50,609 nt of DNA from an uncultured Fibrobacterota bacterium (GCA_963753345.1 CAVWBU010000020.1:1-50609), one strand, 5' to 3'. Positions 7,321 to 19,067 are shown, counted from the stretch's first letter. Translations and numbers: made by a program. The notes: generated from the letters alone by a model not told the origin.

Positions 7321-10071
7321 ATGAAAAGAAAGCCTGCCGGCACTCCCGGAAAAAACACTCCCAAAGACGACACTCCTCCTGCGGCGCGCAAAGAGCTGCG
7401 TCAAGGCCTCAAGGAATACGAGGACCTGTTCAACAACCTGAACGATGCCGCATCGCTGTTTGAGATGCGCAACAACGGGCTTCCCGGCCGATACCTCAAA
7501 GTCAACGACACGCTGTGCCGGTGGCTCGGGTATTCCCGCAAAGAACTGCTCACGAAATCACCGCTTGACATAAGCGACAAACTTGACGATACCGTCAACA
7601 GTAAAGTCGCCTCCGCGTTTGCGAAAAAAGGAAGCCACATCATCGAGCGCACGCTTGTCGCAAAGGACGGCACCAAGATCCCGGTCGAAGTGAATTTCCA
7701 CCGCATCATCCATAAGGGCAAACCGGTCGTGCTCTCGATTTCCCGCGACGTCTCGGATCGGAAAGCGGCCGAGGCGGCCCAGCGGGAAAGCGAGGAGAAG
7801 TTCAGAAAGACGTTTCATGTTAGCCCAGACGCCCTGACCGTTAATCGTCTGAGCGACGGCTTGTACGTTGACGTCAACAAGGCGTTCTGCAGGCTCTCGG
7901 GATACCGCGAAGAGGAAGTTCTTGGAAAAACCTCCGCCGACTTCAAAATCTGGAACAACCGCGATGAGAGGAAAAACCTGGTGCGGAGTCTGCAAGAAAA
8001 CGGCATTGCAGATAATTTTCGGGCCTGGTTTCGCATGAAAGACGGTACGCTGCAGTACGGCAGCGTGTCGGCGATTGTTTTTGAAATCGGCGGAGAACCT
8101 CACGTTATGAACATCATCCGCGACCTCACAAAGGAGAAAAAGGCCGAAGACGCCTTGCGCGAAAGCGAAGAAAAATTCCGCGCCACGGTCGAGCAGAGTC
8201 TTGAAGGCATTTCGCTTATTGACGAAAAGGGAATTATCCTCGAATGGAACGGTGCGCTCGAAAGCATCACCGGCGTTGCGCGCGGCACGGCAATCGGCAA
8301 AACACTGTGGGACGTGCAGGAGATGATGAGAAAGCCGGAAGAGCGCACCCCGGAACGTCTCGAAAGGGGCAAAACGAACATTCTCGGTTCGCTGCGGCAC
8401 ATGGATTCGCCCTTTGTGGGCAAACATCAAGAAAGCGTTATATACAGACCGGACGGAGCGTCGGTGGATATTCAACAGATCGTTTATCCTATAAAAACCG
8501 CCATCGGAATCAGGCTAGGGTCTGTCATCCGTGATGTTACCTTGCAGAAAGCATCGCAGAAGGCGCTCAAACAAAGCGAGGAATTGTATCGTGCGCTCAT
8601 AGAGACCACCGGCACAGGGTACGTGGTGATCGACGATGCCGGCCATGTGCTGGACGCGAACCCGGAATACGTACGGCTTACCGGCCATGGCCATCTGAAT
8701 GACATACGCGGCAGGACCGTGTTCGAATGGACTGCTCCCGATCACCAGGAGAAAAACCGCAAAGCGGTAAAGCAATGCGCACAGGACGGGAGCATAAGGA
8801 ACTTTGAGGTGGACTATATTGACAAAAACGGCAGGATCACCCCGATTTTGATCAACGCGACCGTCGCGGAAATGGACGGGACCCGGCGAATCCTGACTCT
8901 GTGCCGCGACATTACCGACAAGAAACGGATGGAGGAAAACCTTAACAAGTCGGAAAAACTCGAATCGCTCGGCATTCTCGCCGGCGGCATCGCGCACGAC
9001 TTCAACAATCTGCTCACCGGTATCTTCGGCTTCATCGACGTGGCGAGGCTGTACAACACGTCGGGCGCTTCCGACAAGGTGTCGGTGAACCTCACCAAGG
9101 CCCTCGACGTTTTCAACCGGGCGCGCGCGCTCACCCAGCAGCTGCTCACGTTCTCCAAGGGCGGGCTGCCGGTCAAGAAGGTTCTGGCCCTTCCCCAGCT
9201 CCTGACAAACACGACTAACTTCGTTCTGAGCGGGTCAATGGTGGGCGCGCGTTTCAGCTTTCCCGAAAATCTGTGGCCCTGCGAAATCGACGAGAACCAG
9301 ATCGGGCAGGTAATCGACAACATCGTCATCAACGCGCGGCAGGCCATGCCCACGGGCGGCGCCCTCGTGATCACGGCCGAAAACGTGCCGAGGGGCAGCC
9401 CGGTCCCCGCGCCCCTTGCGCCCGGTGATTACGTGAAAGTTTCGGTGCGCGATTCCGGCACCGGCATCTCCAGAGAATATCTGCCCCGCATCTTCGACCC
9501 GTTCTTCACCACCAAGCAGGAAGGCAGCGGGCTCGGCCTTGCCACGGCGTATTCCATCATCAAAAAGCACGAAGGCATCATTGAAGCGGAATCCGAACTC
9601 GGCACAGGCGCCACATTCCATATCTATCTTCCCGCGCTTCCGTCCGCCGCGATTGAAACGCCGTCTTCGGGAACAAAGAAACACCGCGGCGAGGGCGCCG
9701 TTCTTGTCATGGACGATGAGGACTTCGTGCGGGACGTGGCGGTGGAGCTGTTGAAGACCATGGGGTATTCGGTTGACACTGCGGCAAGCGGCGCCGAGGC
9801 GATAGAAAAATACCGCGCCGCGCTCGCGTCGCCCACACCCTACCGGTTCTGCATCCTCGACCTCACGATCCCGAACGGCATGGGCGGCAAGGACGCGGTG
9901 CAGGCGCTTCTTTCACTCGACCCCTCCGTCACCGCCGTCGCCGCGAGCGGCTACTCGCAGGACCCGGTGATGACCGACCCGCAGGCGTTCGGTTTCAGGG
10001 ACAAGATAAGGAAGCCGTTTACAAAAGAGGAACTCGGCGAGGTGCTGGAGAGAGTGACGGGCGGGAAATAA
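7321..10071 (+). CDS. Cytoplasmic hybrid sensor histidine kinase (4 PAS, HisKA, HATPase, REC)
   Basis: Four PAS/PAC units; LAGGIAHDFNN H-box, NIVINARQAM, DSGTGI, FDPFFTTK, GSGLGL; receiver VLVMDDE...ILDLTIP...KPF. Confidence 0.93.
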   Translation: MKRKPAGTPGKNTPKDDTPPAARKELRQGLKEYEDLFNNLNDAASLFEMRNNGLPGRYLKVNDTLCRWLGYSRKELLTKSPLDISDKLDDTVNSKVASAFAKKGSHIIERTLVAKDGTKIPVEVNFHRIIHKGKPVVLSISRDVSDRKAAEAAQRESEEKFRKTFHVSPDALTVNRLSDGLYVDVNKAFCRLSGYREEEVLGKTSADFKIWNNRDERKNLVRSLQENGIADNFRAWFRMKDGTLQYGSVSAIVFEIGGEPHVMNIIRDLTKEKKAEDALRESEEKFRATVEQSLEGISLIDEKGIILEWNGALESITGVARGTAIGKTLWDVQEMMRKPEERTPERLERGKTNILGSLRHMDSPFVGKHQESVIYRPDGASVDIQQIVYPIKTAIGIRLGSVIRDVTLQKASQKALKQSEELYRALIETTGTGYVVIDDAGHVLDANPEYVRLTGHGHLNDIRGRTVFEWTAPDHQEKNRKAVKQCAQDGSIRNFEVDYIDKNGRITPILINATVAEMDGTRRILTLCRDITDKKRMEENLNKSEKLESLGILAGGIAHDFNNLLTGIFGFIDVARLYNTSGASDKVSVNLTKALDVFNRARALTQQLLTFSKGGLPVKKVLALPQLLTNTTNFVLSGSMVGARFSFPENLWPCEIDENQIGQVIDNIVINARQAMPTGGALVITAENVPRGSPVPAPLAPGDYVKVSVRDSGTGISREYLPRIFDPFFTTKQEGSGLGLATAYSIIKKHEGIIEAESELGTGATFHIYLPALPSAAIETPSSGTKKHRGEGAVLVMDDEDFVRDVAVELLKTMGYSVDTAASGAEAIEKYRAALASPTPYRFCILDLTIPNGMGGKDAVQALLSLDPSVTAVAASGYSQDPVMTDPQAFGFRDKIRKPFTKEELGEVLERVTGGK

Positions 10072-10079
10072 ACGAACCA

Positions 10080-10586
10080 ATGCTCAACCTCACTCCAGAA
10101 CAAACCTCCCAGTACCTCCAGCGAAGCTACACCGCGGTTGACGGCCTGTGGTTCATGAAAGTTGAGGACGCGCACGGGTTCGATTCCGCGCTTGACATAG
10201 ACGAGAATGTCTGGCAGGTGATGCCCAAGATCCAGGCCCGCGCGCTTAAGGCGTTCTGCGGAAAAAATAGCGGGCTGGACGCGCTGGTCGACTGCTTTGA
10301 AACCAAATTGTCGCTTGATGGCTTTGCGTTTTCGTCAAACCGATCCGCAGAAGCTGCCGATATAACTTTGACAAAATGTCCGTGGTTCGACAGACTCGTG
10401 AAATCAAACCGGACGCACCTGGCGGAAAAAATCGGTGCCAAGGTCTGCACCGCCGAGTACTCGGGATGGGCAGCGGAATTCGGATGCACGTTTTCGTTTG
10501 AGGGAAAAGACAGGATCTGCCGCGGGTGCGACAGGTGCGGATTGAAATTCTCGGTGGTTAAGGACGTGCAGGGCTCAAAAGACTAA
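10080..10586 (+). CDS. DUF6125-like protein (V4R/ATC-hydrolase-like, Cys-containing)
   Basis: YTAVDGLWFMKVE, TKCPW, VCTAEY, C-x-x-C near the C-terminus; 8 nt downstream of the kinase. Confidence 0.65.
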   Translation: MLNLTPEQTSQYLQRSYTAVDGLWFMKVEDAHGFDSALDIDENVWQVMPKIQARALKAFCGKNSGLDALVDCFETKLSLDGFAFSSNRSAEAADITLTKCPWFDRLVKSNRTHLAEKIGAKVCTAEYSGWAAEFGCTFSFEGKDRICRGCDRCGLKFSVVKDVQGSKD

Positions 10587-10618
10587 TCAAGCTGAACGAT
10601 AATCCTCTAGATTGTTCT

Positions 10619-12052
10619 TCATTTCTTCACACCCTTCAAGTACCCGTCAATCGCCTTTGCCGCCTCTCTCCCGTGAAAAATTGCCCTCACCACAAGCGAC
10701 GCGCCGATGTCCGCGTCTCCGGCGGCGAACACACCGTCAACCGATGTCGCATAGTTCTTGGTGTCGATGTTGCCGCGCGGATCAAAGGCGACCTTGAAGT
10801 CGTCGAGCAGCCTGTTGTGCGCCACGTGGAGGAACCCCATCGCAAGGAGAACGAGGCCCACATCGAGCGAGAACTCGCTGCCGGCAATTTCCTTCATTAC
10901 GGGCGGCTTGCCCGCCTGCGGCGCACTCCATTCAACCTTCAGGCAGCGGATCTGCTTGACGCCCGTGCTGTCGCCGGTAAATTGCTTTGTGAGAATCCCC
11001 CATTGCCGCTCGCAGCCCTCCTCGTGCGACGTGGACGTGCGCAGGATCTGCGGCCATGCGGGCCACTCCGGATTGCTGCCGTCGGTCCATTCGCGCGGCC
11101 GGGGCAGAATTTCAAATTGACAAATGTTTCTGGCGCCCTGACGCCGCGCGGTTCCAACGCAGTCGGAACCCGTGTCTCCCCCGCCGATCACGAGCACATT
11201 TTTTCCCTGTGCGGAAACAAAAGTCCGTTCGTCGGGTAGCCCCGCCACGCGCCTGTTCGACATTCTGAGGTAATCCATGGCGAAATAGATGCCCGCGCAG
11301 TCGCGGCCGGGGACGCTCAGGTCGCGGGGCTGTCCCGCGCCCATGGCGACGAGCACGGCGTCGAACGCGCGCCCGAGGTACCGCGCCGAAAGGTCGTCGC
11401 CGATATGCACCGACGTCTGGAAGTTGATCCCCTCCTCAACGAGCTGCTCCAGCCGTCTGTCAATCACCCATTTTTCCAGCTTGAAATCGGGAATGCCGTT
11501 GCGGAGGATGCCGCCGATCCGGTCCTCTTTTTCAAAGACCGTCACCGCATGGCCCATGCGGCGCAGCTGCTGCGCAGCGCAAATACCCGCCGGCCCGGAG
11601 CCGATGACCGCCACCTTCTTCCCGCTCTCCACGAACGGCGGCCGCGCCGTGACCCACCCCCTGGCGAAGGCATTTTCTATTATGGCAAGCTCTATCTGCT
11701 TGATGGTGACCGGGCTTGCGTTGATCGACAGCGTGCACGACGCCTCGCACGGCGCCGGGCATATCCTGCCCGTTATTTCGGGCAGGTTGTTGGTCATTTC
11801 GAGGCGCTCGTACGCCTCCTGCCATTTCCCTCGGTAAACAAGGTCGTTCCACTCGGGAATAAGGTTGTACACCGGGCAGCCCATGGCATGACAAAAAGGA
11901 ATCCCGCAGTCCATGCACCGCGCCGCCTGCGTAGAGACCTCCCCGTTGGAAAGCGGCACAATGATTTCCTTGTAGTCGCGCACGCGCTCATCCGCAGGCC
12001 TGTTGGAATAGGTCTTTCTGTCAAATTCGAGGAACCCGGTGACTTTCCCCAT
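10619..12052 (-). CDS. gltD: Glutamate synthase small subunit
   Basis: QAARCMDCGIPFCH, GRICPAPCE, VIGSGPAG, VIGGGDTGSDC, GVFAAGD...SLVVRAI. Confidence 0.96.
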   Translation of the reverse strand: MGKVTGFLEFDRKTYSNRPADERVRDYKEIIVPLSNGEVSTQAARCMDCGIPFCHAMGCPVYNLIPEWNDLVYRGKWQEAYERLEMTNNLPEITGRICPAPCEASCTLSINASPVTIKQIELAIIENAFARGWVTARPPFVESGKKVAVIGSGPAGICAAQQLRRMGHAVTVFEKEDRIGGILRNGIPDFKLEKWVIDRRLEQLVEEGINFQTSVHIGDDLSARYLGRAFDAVLVAMGAGQPRDLSVPGRDCAGIYFAMDYLRMSNRRVAGLPDERTFVSAQGKNVLVIGGGDTGSDCVGTARRQGARNICQFEILPRPREWTDGSNPEWPAWPQILRTSTSHEEGCERQWGILTKQFTGDSTGVKQIRCLKVEWSAPQAGKPPVMKEIAGSEFSLDVGLVLLAMGFLHVAHNRLLDDFKVAFDPRGNIDTKNYATSVDGVFAAGDADIGASLVVRAIFHGREAAKAIDGYLKGVKK

Positions 12053-12053
12053 G

Positions 12054-15000
12054 TCAATACACCTCCTCGGTGATCGGCACGACTTCGGTCTCGCGCGACT
12101 GGTCCTTGCGGATGCGTTCCAGCGCGCTCCGGTAATCGATGGGGATCACCTTTACAAAACGCGGGAGCATTTCGGTCCAGTCGTTCAGGAGCTGGCGCGC
12201 ATAGGGGCTCTGCGTATAGCGCACGTGGTTGTTGACAAGCGCGTGCAGCAGCTTCTTGTCCTCTTCTTCACGCACCGCTTCAAGATCGACCATCTCGAGG
12301 TTGCACCTCGTGTCGAACAGCTGGTTTTCGTCGAGCACATAGGCGATGCCGCCGCTCATTCCCGCGCCGAAATTCACGCCGGTCTTGCCCAGCACCACCA
12401 CCGTGCCGCCGGTCATGTATTCGCACCCGTGATCGCCCACGCCCTCCACCACGGCGACGGCGCCGCTGTTGCGCACCGCGAACCGCTCGCCCGCCATGCC
12501 GTGGACGTACATTTCGCCGCCGGTCGCTCCAAACAGGTTCACGTTGCCGGTTACAATATTGTTGTGCGCCCTGTATGCTGCATCCCGCGGAGGATAAATA
12601 ATAATGGTGCCGCCGCACAAGCCTTTGCCTACATAGTCGTTTGCGTCTCCCTCGAGTTCGAAGGTTATTCCCGGCGCAAGAAACGCGCCGAAGCTCTGGC
12701 CTGCCGCGCCGGTAAATTTGACCTTGATGGTGTCGGGCGGAAGCCCGGCCGATCCATACCGCTTCGAGATTTCGGCAGACAGCATTGCCCCCACTGTTCT
12801 GTTACGGTTACGAATGGGCATGGACAGAGCAATGGGTGTTTTCTTGTCAAGAGCTTTTGCAGCCTGTTCGATGATCGCAGGATCGAGCGAATTTGAAAAA
12901 TCGTGCACCTGTTTCGACGTGCAGCGAATCGGTTGACCGGCTTCGCGTTCCGGCGGAGCAAACAGGGCGGAAAAGTCGAGACCGCGAGCTTTCCAGTGCG
13001 CGACCGCATGGTTTACTTCCAGCAAATCCGAACGGCCTACCATCTCGTCCATGGTGCGGAACCCGAGCCCTGCCATGTGCTGCCGCACTTCCTGCGCCAC
13101 AAATCGCATGAAGTTGATGACATACTCGGGTTTGCCCGTAAACCGTTTGCGGAGCCGCGGGTCCTGTGTGGCAACGCCTACGGGGCAGGTATTGAGATGA
13201 CACTTGCGCATCATGACGCAGCCGAGCGTGACGAGCGCGGCCGTACCGAACCCGAATTCCTCCGCGCCGAGCAACGCCGCGATCACCACGTCGCGGCCGG
13301 TCTTCATCTGGCCGTCGCATTGCACGCGTAAAAAACCGCGTAGCCGATTCTTTACAAGCACCTGCTGCGTTTCCGCGAGCCCTATTTCCCATGGAATGCC
13401 GGCGTGTTTAATGGACGACAGCGGCGATGCGCCGGTTCCTCCGTCGTGGCCGGAAATGAGCACCATGTCGGCCAGGCCTTTCGCGACGCCCGCTGCGACC
13501 GTGCCCACGCCGACTTCGGCAACGAGCTTTACGGAAATGCGCGCCTCGCGGTTCGCGTTCTTGAGATCGAAAATGAGCTGCGCAAGGTCTTCAATCGAAT
13601 AGATGTCGTGGTGCGGCGGCGGCGAAATGAGCATCACGCCCGGCGTGCTGTGCCGCACTTTTGCTATCGCCTTGTCAACCTTGTTGCCCGGAAGCTGTCC
13701 GCCCTCGCCCGGCTTGGCGCCCTGGGCCATTTTTATCTGAAGCTCTCTCGAATTAACAAGGTAATTGCTCGTCACACCGAACCGCGCCGAGGCCACCTGC
13801 TTTATCGCGCTCTTGAGCGAATCGCCGTTGGCAAGCGGGACATAACGCTCTTCGTCTTCGCCGCCCTCGCCGGAATTGCTCGCCGCGCCGAGCCGGTTCA
13901 TGGCAATGGCAAGCGTCTCGTGAGCCTCTTTGCTGATGGAACCGAACGACATTGCCGACGTCACAAACCGCTTTACAATTGATTCAACCGGCTCGACCTC
14001 GTCGAGCGGCACGGGCTGCGTCTTCTTGAAGGAAAACAGGCCGCGCAGCGTGCAGAGGTTCGCGCCCGCGTCGTTGACATGAGCGGAATATTGCGAGAAG
14101 ACGGCGGGATCATTTGTCGCGCACCGCTTTCTGCAGGAGCGCAACCGCAACCGGCGTGAGCAGGTGCTTCTCGCCGAATTCGCGGTAGTGGTATCTGCCG
14201 CCGGGGTCGAGGCCCGTTCGGCGCTGCGCCGTTTTCGAACGCCGCCGCATGTCGCGCAACAGCTTCCCGCGCAACAGCCTCAATGCCTATGCCGCCGATC
14301 CGCGACGGCGTGCCGGGAAAATAGGCGTCGATCAGGTCCTTGCCAAGCCCGACGGCCTCGAAAATCTGCGCTCCCTTGTAGGAGCGGATGGTCGAGACCC
14401 CCATCTTCGACATGATTTTAAGAAGTCCTTTTTTCACCGCGGTGATGTAATTCTCTATTGCGGTTTCGAGCGAAAGATCCGCAGCCAGTTCCTTCCTCTC
14501 CGCGAGATCGGCGATCACCTCAAAGGCAAGATACGGATTGATGGCGCTCGCACCGAAGCCCATGAGGCATGCGAAGTGCATCACCTCGCGGGCCTCGCCG
14601 GTCTCGATCACAATGGCGGTGAGCTGGCGCTTTCCGGTCCTCACCAGGTGGTGGTGCACCGCGGCAACGGCCAGCAGCGACGGAATGGGAACATGCGTTT
14701 TGTCAACCCCGCGGTCGCTCAGAATAACAAGCGAACACCCTTCGTCAACTTTTTTCTCGACGCCCGCGGCGACCTCGTTAAGGGCCTGCCCACAAGACTG
14801 CCTTGCCGGCTCGAAAAGGATCGGCTGCACGCAGGAGCAAAACCCCCGCACCGACATGGCGCGCAGCTTGTCGACATCGTCGTTCGACAGGATTGGATGC
14901 GACAGCTTGAGCTGGCGGCAGTGCTGCTCGCTTTCGTCAAGAAGGTTGCTCTCCCTGCCCACAAAGCTCATGAGCGACATCACGAGGTTTTCGCGGTACG

Positions 15001-16577
15001 GGTCGATGGGCGGGTTGGTCACCTGCGCGAACTGCTGCTTGAAGTAGTTGAACAGAAGCTGCGGCCGCTCCGACAGCACGGCGAGCGCCTCGTCGTTTCC
15101 CATGGAGCCCACGGGCTCCTGCGCGTTCTCGGCCATGGGCGCGATGATAAGGCTCACGTCCTCCAGCGAGTAGCCGAACGCCTTTTCGTTGGCAACCAGC
15201 GACTCCCGCTCGATGCGCACCGGACCGGGAACGCCGAACAGCCCCTTGAGCTCGATCCTGTTGCTTTCCAGCCACCGGCGGTAGGGTTTGCGGCGCGAGA
15301 CCGACGCTTTTATTTCGTTGTCGGACACCACGCGATTGCGCGCGGTGTCGACCAGCATCATTTTGCCTGGAGCGAGCCTTCCCTTTTCCAGCACGTCGCT
15401 GGCGGGGATGTCGAGCACGCCTATCTCGGACGCGAGCACCACGAGCCCGCTGCGCGTGACCACGTAGCGCGCGGGACGCAGGCCGTTGCGATCCAGCGCG
15501 GCGCCGACGATTGTCCCGTCTGTAAAGGAGATTGCCGCGGGCCCGTCCCAAGGCTCCATGATGGCCGCATGGTACTCGTAGAACGCGCGCTTGTCCTCGC
15601 TGATGTGGTACCGCGGCCCGAACGCCTCGGGAATCATCATCATCATGGAATGTTCGAGCGACCTGCCGCCCAGAACCAGCAGCTCGAACACGTTGTCGAA
15701 CATGGCCGAATCGCTGCCGCCCGAGCGTGATAACCGGAAAAAGCTTTTTGATGTCGGGACCGAACAGCGGCGATGAAAGCGTTGCCTCGCGGGCGTTCAT
15801 CTTGTTGATGTTGCCGCGCAGGGTGTTTATCTCGCCGTTGTGCGCGCAATAGCGGAACGGCTGCGCCAGGCACCACGACGGAAACGTGTTGGTGGAATAC
15901 CGCTGGTGGACAAGCGCAATCGCGCTTGTAAAGCGTTTGTCGAGCAGGTCCGGATAAAACGCGTCGAACTGCGGGGCGACAAACATCCCCTTGTAATTGA
16001 TCGTCGCGCACGAAAGCGAAGCAATGTAGAAGTCGTCCATGGACATCCCGGCAACGGCGGCTTCGCGCTCCATGCATTTTCTGGCGATATACAGTTTGCG
16101 TTCGAGCGCGGCGCCGGACAGCCCCTCAAAGGAAACAAACGCCTGGCAGACGAACGGCATGCTCGCTGCGGCAAGTTCACCAAGACAATCGGGCTTCACC
16201 GGCACGTCGCGCCACCCCAGCAGGGTTCCGCCTTCGGTTTTCACCACAGTTTCAACGACACTGCGCGCCTCTTTGCGCTTTTTTGCGGGCTGCGGCATAA
16301 AAAGCATTGCAACGCCGTAGCTTCCCGCCGAAGGAAGCGCGAATCCCGTTTTAGCGCATTCGACGGCAAGGAATTCGTGCGGCACCTGGGTGAGCATGCC
16401 TGCGCCGTCGCCTGTTTTCCGATCGCCGCCGATGGCGCCTCGATGCACCAGGTTCTTGAGAATGCCTATGCCGTTGGTTACAATGTCGTGACTGCGGCTT
16501 CCGTTGACATGCGCGACAAACCCGACGCCGCAGCTATCGTGCTCGAAGAACGGATCATACAGGCCTTTTTGCGGCAT
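12054..16577 (-). CDS. gltB: Glutamate synthase large subunit; three apparent +1 frameshifts (~15721, ~14214, ~14119), probably assembly errors
   Basis: EHDSCGVGF (Ntn Cys), [68 protein letters not shown] domain; the three ORFs plus a bridging frame ([11 protein letters not shown]...LLQKAVR) rebuild a full-length protein. Confidence 0.93.
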
Positions 16578-16837
16578 TGTTTCCTCGCGGGAATGGACAG
16601 CGAGCACCTTGTCGCCTGAGAATAATTGACTTAAAATACAACATCCTTGTATGACGCCTGCAATAAAACCGGCATGACAGACCTGCCCCGGGTGCACCGA
16701 CAAGCATACGCAGGAGAATTCCCGGATATTGGCAGGGATGCGCCAACGGGTTGAGAGCCTGAACCTCTGAGTTCATGCGGCGGACGGACTAATGTCCACC
16801 CATTTCCCGGCAACCATCATACGCAGGTAGAGTTTCG

Positions 16838-16853
16838 TGCAACATCTGTGCCG
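16838..16853 (-). promoter_or_regulatory. sigma54 (-24/-12) promoter for gltBD
   Basis: Minus strand reads CGGCAC-AGATG-TTGCA, matching YGGCAC-N5-TTGC. Confidence 0.75.
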
Positions 16854-16898
16854 ATGCAGTCCAAGAGGTTTTCCGAAAATCATTTCTTAACCAAGTGT

Positions 16899-16945
16899 GG
16901 AACAAAACTGTATCAAATTGTCGCATATGATACAAAACCGTATCA
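16899..16945. promoter_or_regulatory. Tandem candidate enhancer-binding-protein sites between the divergent sigma54 promoters
   Basis: ggaacaaaactgtatca and tgatacaaaaccgtatca about 30 bp apart; a related pair lies upstream of glnA. Confidence 0.55.
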
Positions 16946-17075
16946 TATCACACGATTTTGAACCGGCCACGATTGCTCTTCATCCGCAGGCAACTCACAC
17001 AGACTCTTTTTCATAATTATGCATTCCGTCACAGTTCAGCGGCCTCATTCCCACAAAAAGTGCTGCATCGGTCGA

Positions 17076-17090
17076 TGGCACGACTGTTGC
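17076..17090 (+). promoter_or_regulatory. sigma54 (-24/-12) promoter for amtB-glnK
   Basis: TGGCAC-GACTG-TTGC, a perfect consensus ending 36 bp before the amtB ATG. Confidence 0.85.
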
Positions 17091-17126
17091 GTTTTGTGAA
17101 GAGACATTTTTCTCCAAGGAGACGCC

Positions 17127-18368
17127 ATGAACGCACCATTCCAGTCCCTGCAGTACGCCGGCGACACGCTCTTTCTGATGATAGGCGCTGTGCTGGTGTT
17201 TTCGATGCACGCGGGATTCGCCTTCCTCGAGGTGGGCACCGTCCGGAAGAAGAACCAGGTCAACGCACTGGTCAAAATTCTATCCGACTGGGGTGTTTCC
17301 ACGGTCATGTACTTTGTGATCGGATTCCCCATTGCCTACGGCATCAATTTCTGGATGAACTCCGGCGACCTGCTGCAGCTCGCAAACGGCAAAGTGGTTG
17401 CAGGTGTCCGCGGGTTCGACCTAGTGCATTGTTTCTTCCTTCTCACCTTTGCGGCCTGCATCCCCGCCATTGTTTCCGGAGGCATCGCGGAACGCATGAA
17501 GTTCTGGCCTCAAGTAATTGCAGGAGCAGTATTTACAGGATTTGGTTATCCGCTTTTCGAGTCAATCATGTGGGGAAGAAACACGTTTCTTCAGACATGG
17601 TTTTTATCATCATTCGGCGCTTCCTTTCACGACTACGCCGGTTCGGTTGTGGTTCATTCCATGGGCGGGTGGATCGCCCTTCCCGCGGTCGTGCTTCTCG
17701 GCCAGAGAATCGGCAGGTGGGTGAACGGAAGAAGCATGGGCATTCCGGTTTCGAATATTCCCTTCCTGGGACTGGGCTCGTGGATCCTTGCGGTCGGCTG
17801 GTTCGGCTTCAACGTGATGAGCGCCGGTAACTTCCAGGCCATTTCCGGGCTCGTGGCGGTGAATTCCCTTTTTGCAATGGTGGGTGGCATCTTGTTCGCG
17901 CTCATTTTTTCCAAGGCCGACCCCGGCTTTGTCCATAACGGCGCCCTTGCCGGACTCATAGCGATCTGTTCGGGTTCCGACGTCGTGCACCCCTTCGGCG
18001 CTTTTTTCATAGGCGGCTTTGGCGCGCTTGTGTTCATTCTCGGCTACAAGTTTGAAACCGAGAGGCTCAAGATCGACGACGTTCTCGGCGTGTGGCCGCT
18101 TCACGGGCTCGCAGGTTCCTGGGGCGGAATCGCAACAGGCATCTTTGGTCAGAAATTTCTTGGAGGCATGGGTGGTGTGAGTTTAATTTCTCAGATGGTG
18201 GGCGCGGCTTTCGGGGCCGCTTTTGCAGTCTGCATCGGACTGCTGGTGTACGGAGCGCTCAAGAAAACCGTTGGCATCCGGCTTGACGAAAAGCAGGAGC
18301 GCCTGGGTTCGGACTTGGCCATTCATAATATCGGCGCGTATCCCGAAGAAGACATGCTGTCGGCGTAA
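17127..18368 (+). CDS. amtB: Ammonium transporter AmtB
   Basis: MHAGFAFLEVG, IVSGGIAERMKF, FHDYAGSVVVHSMGG, GWFGFN, IDDVLGVWPLHG (twin His). Confidence 0.95.
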   Translation: MNAPFQSLQYAGDTLFLMIGAVLVFSMHAGFAFLEVGTVRKKNQVNALVKILSDWGVSTVMYFVIGFPIAYGINFWMNSGDLLQLANGKVVAGVRGFDLVHCFFLLTFAACIPAIVSGGIAERMKFWPQVIAGAVFTGFGYPLFESIMWGRNTFLQTWFLSSFGASFHDYAGSVVVHSMGGWIALPAVVLLGQRIGRWVNGRSMGIPVSNIPFLGLGSWILAVGWFGFNVMSAGNFQAISGLVAVNSLFAMVGGILFALIFSKADPGFVHNGALAGLIAICSGSDVVHPFGAFFIGGFGALVFILGYKFETERLKIDDVLGVWPLHGLAGSWGGIATGIFGQKFLGGMGGVSLISQMVGAAFGAAFAVCIGLLVYGALKKTVGIRLDEKQERLGSDLAIHNIGAYPEEDMLSA

Positions 18369-18409
18369 TTCCGGACATTTTGCTTTCCACTCAGGAGGAG
18401 TCACAACCA

Positions 18410-18757
18410 ATGAAGTTCATCGTAGCAATCATTCAGCCGTCCCGCCTCGAAGCCGTCAAGGAGGCGCTCAGCACCATTGAAGTGTTCAGGCTCACCGTTA
18501 CCGAGGCGCAGGGCATCGGCCGCCAGCGCGGCCACACCGAGGTGTACCGCGGCCACGAATATCATATCAACTTCATCCACAAGGTGAAACTTGAAATCGC
18601 CGTTGACGACAAGTACGTCGAGCCCACCATAGAAGCCATTGCCAACGCGGCCCGAACCGGCGCCGAGGGCAAGATCGGCGACGGCAAGATATTCATTCTG
18701 CCGCTCGAGGATGTCGTGCGGATACGCACCAGGGAGCGGGGCAGCGAGGCGTTGTAG
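18410..18757 (+). CDS. glnK: P-II nitrogen regulatory protein
   Basis: GIGRQRGHTEVYRGHEY (T-loop with uridylylatable Tyr51), RTGAEGKIGDGKIF; directly downstream of amtB; RBS aggagg. Confidence 0.93.
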   Translation: MKFIVAIIQPSRLEAVKEALSTIEVFRLTVTEAQGIGRQRGHTEVYRGHEYHINFIHKVKLEIAVDDKYVEPTIEAIANAARTGAEGKIGDGKIFILPLEDVVRIRTRERGSEAL

Positions 18758-18759
18758 AG

Positions 18760-18794
18760 GTTGAAAGTTGCATGTTGAAAGTTGAGGGTTGAAA
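18760..18794 (+). repeat. Short tandem heptamer repeat (GTTGAAA-like, x5)
   Basis: gttgaaa gttgcat gttgaaa gttgagg gttgaaa right after the glnK stop. Confidence 0.7.
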
Positions 18795-19067
18795 AGAAAA
18801 CCGGGCTTCTTCGTTAGAATATCGCGGCCATGGGTTGGGGCATGTTCTTGAGAAGACACCGCCGGGCTTCTATCACTCCCTGTTTCTGTCATACAAAATC
18901 AAGGCCGCAATTCTACCATAGGGTCGCCGCATTCGCTGTCTTGTGCCTATTCCCCTGCGTCATTTGACGTACAAAAGGCCAACTTCTGGAACCCTGACCG
19001 TTCCACTTCCGTCACCTATTCTTATCAAGCTTGGCCGGCATCTTGCTCTTTTTATCTTTTGCTAACC

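Noticed and set aside
12054-16577. gltB as a naturally split or programmed-frameshift gene
   Set aside because: Breakpoints do not follow domain boundaries, there are no slippery heptamers, and similar indels are scattered across the window
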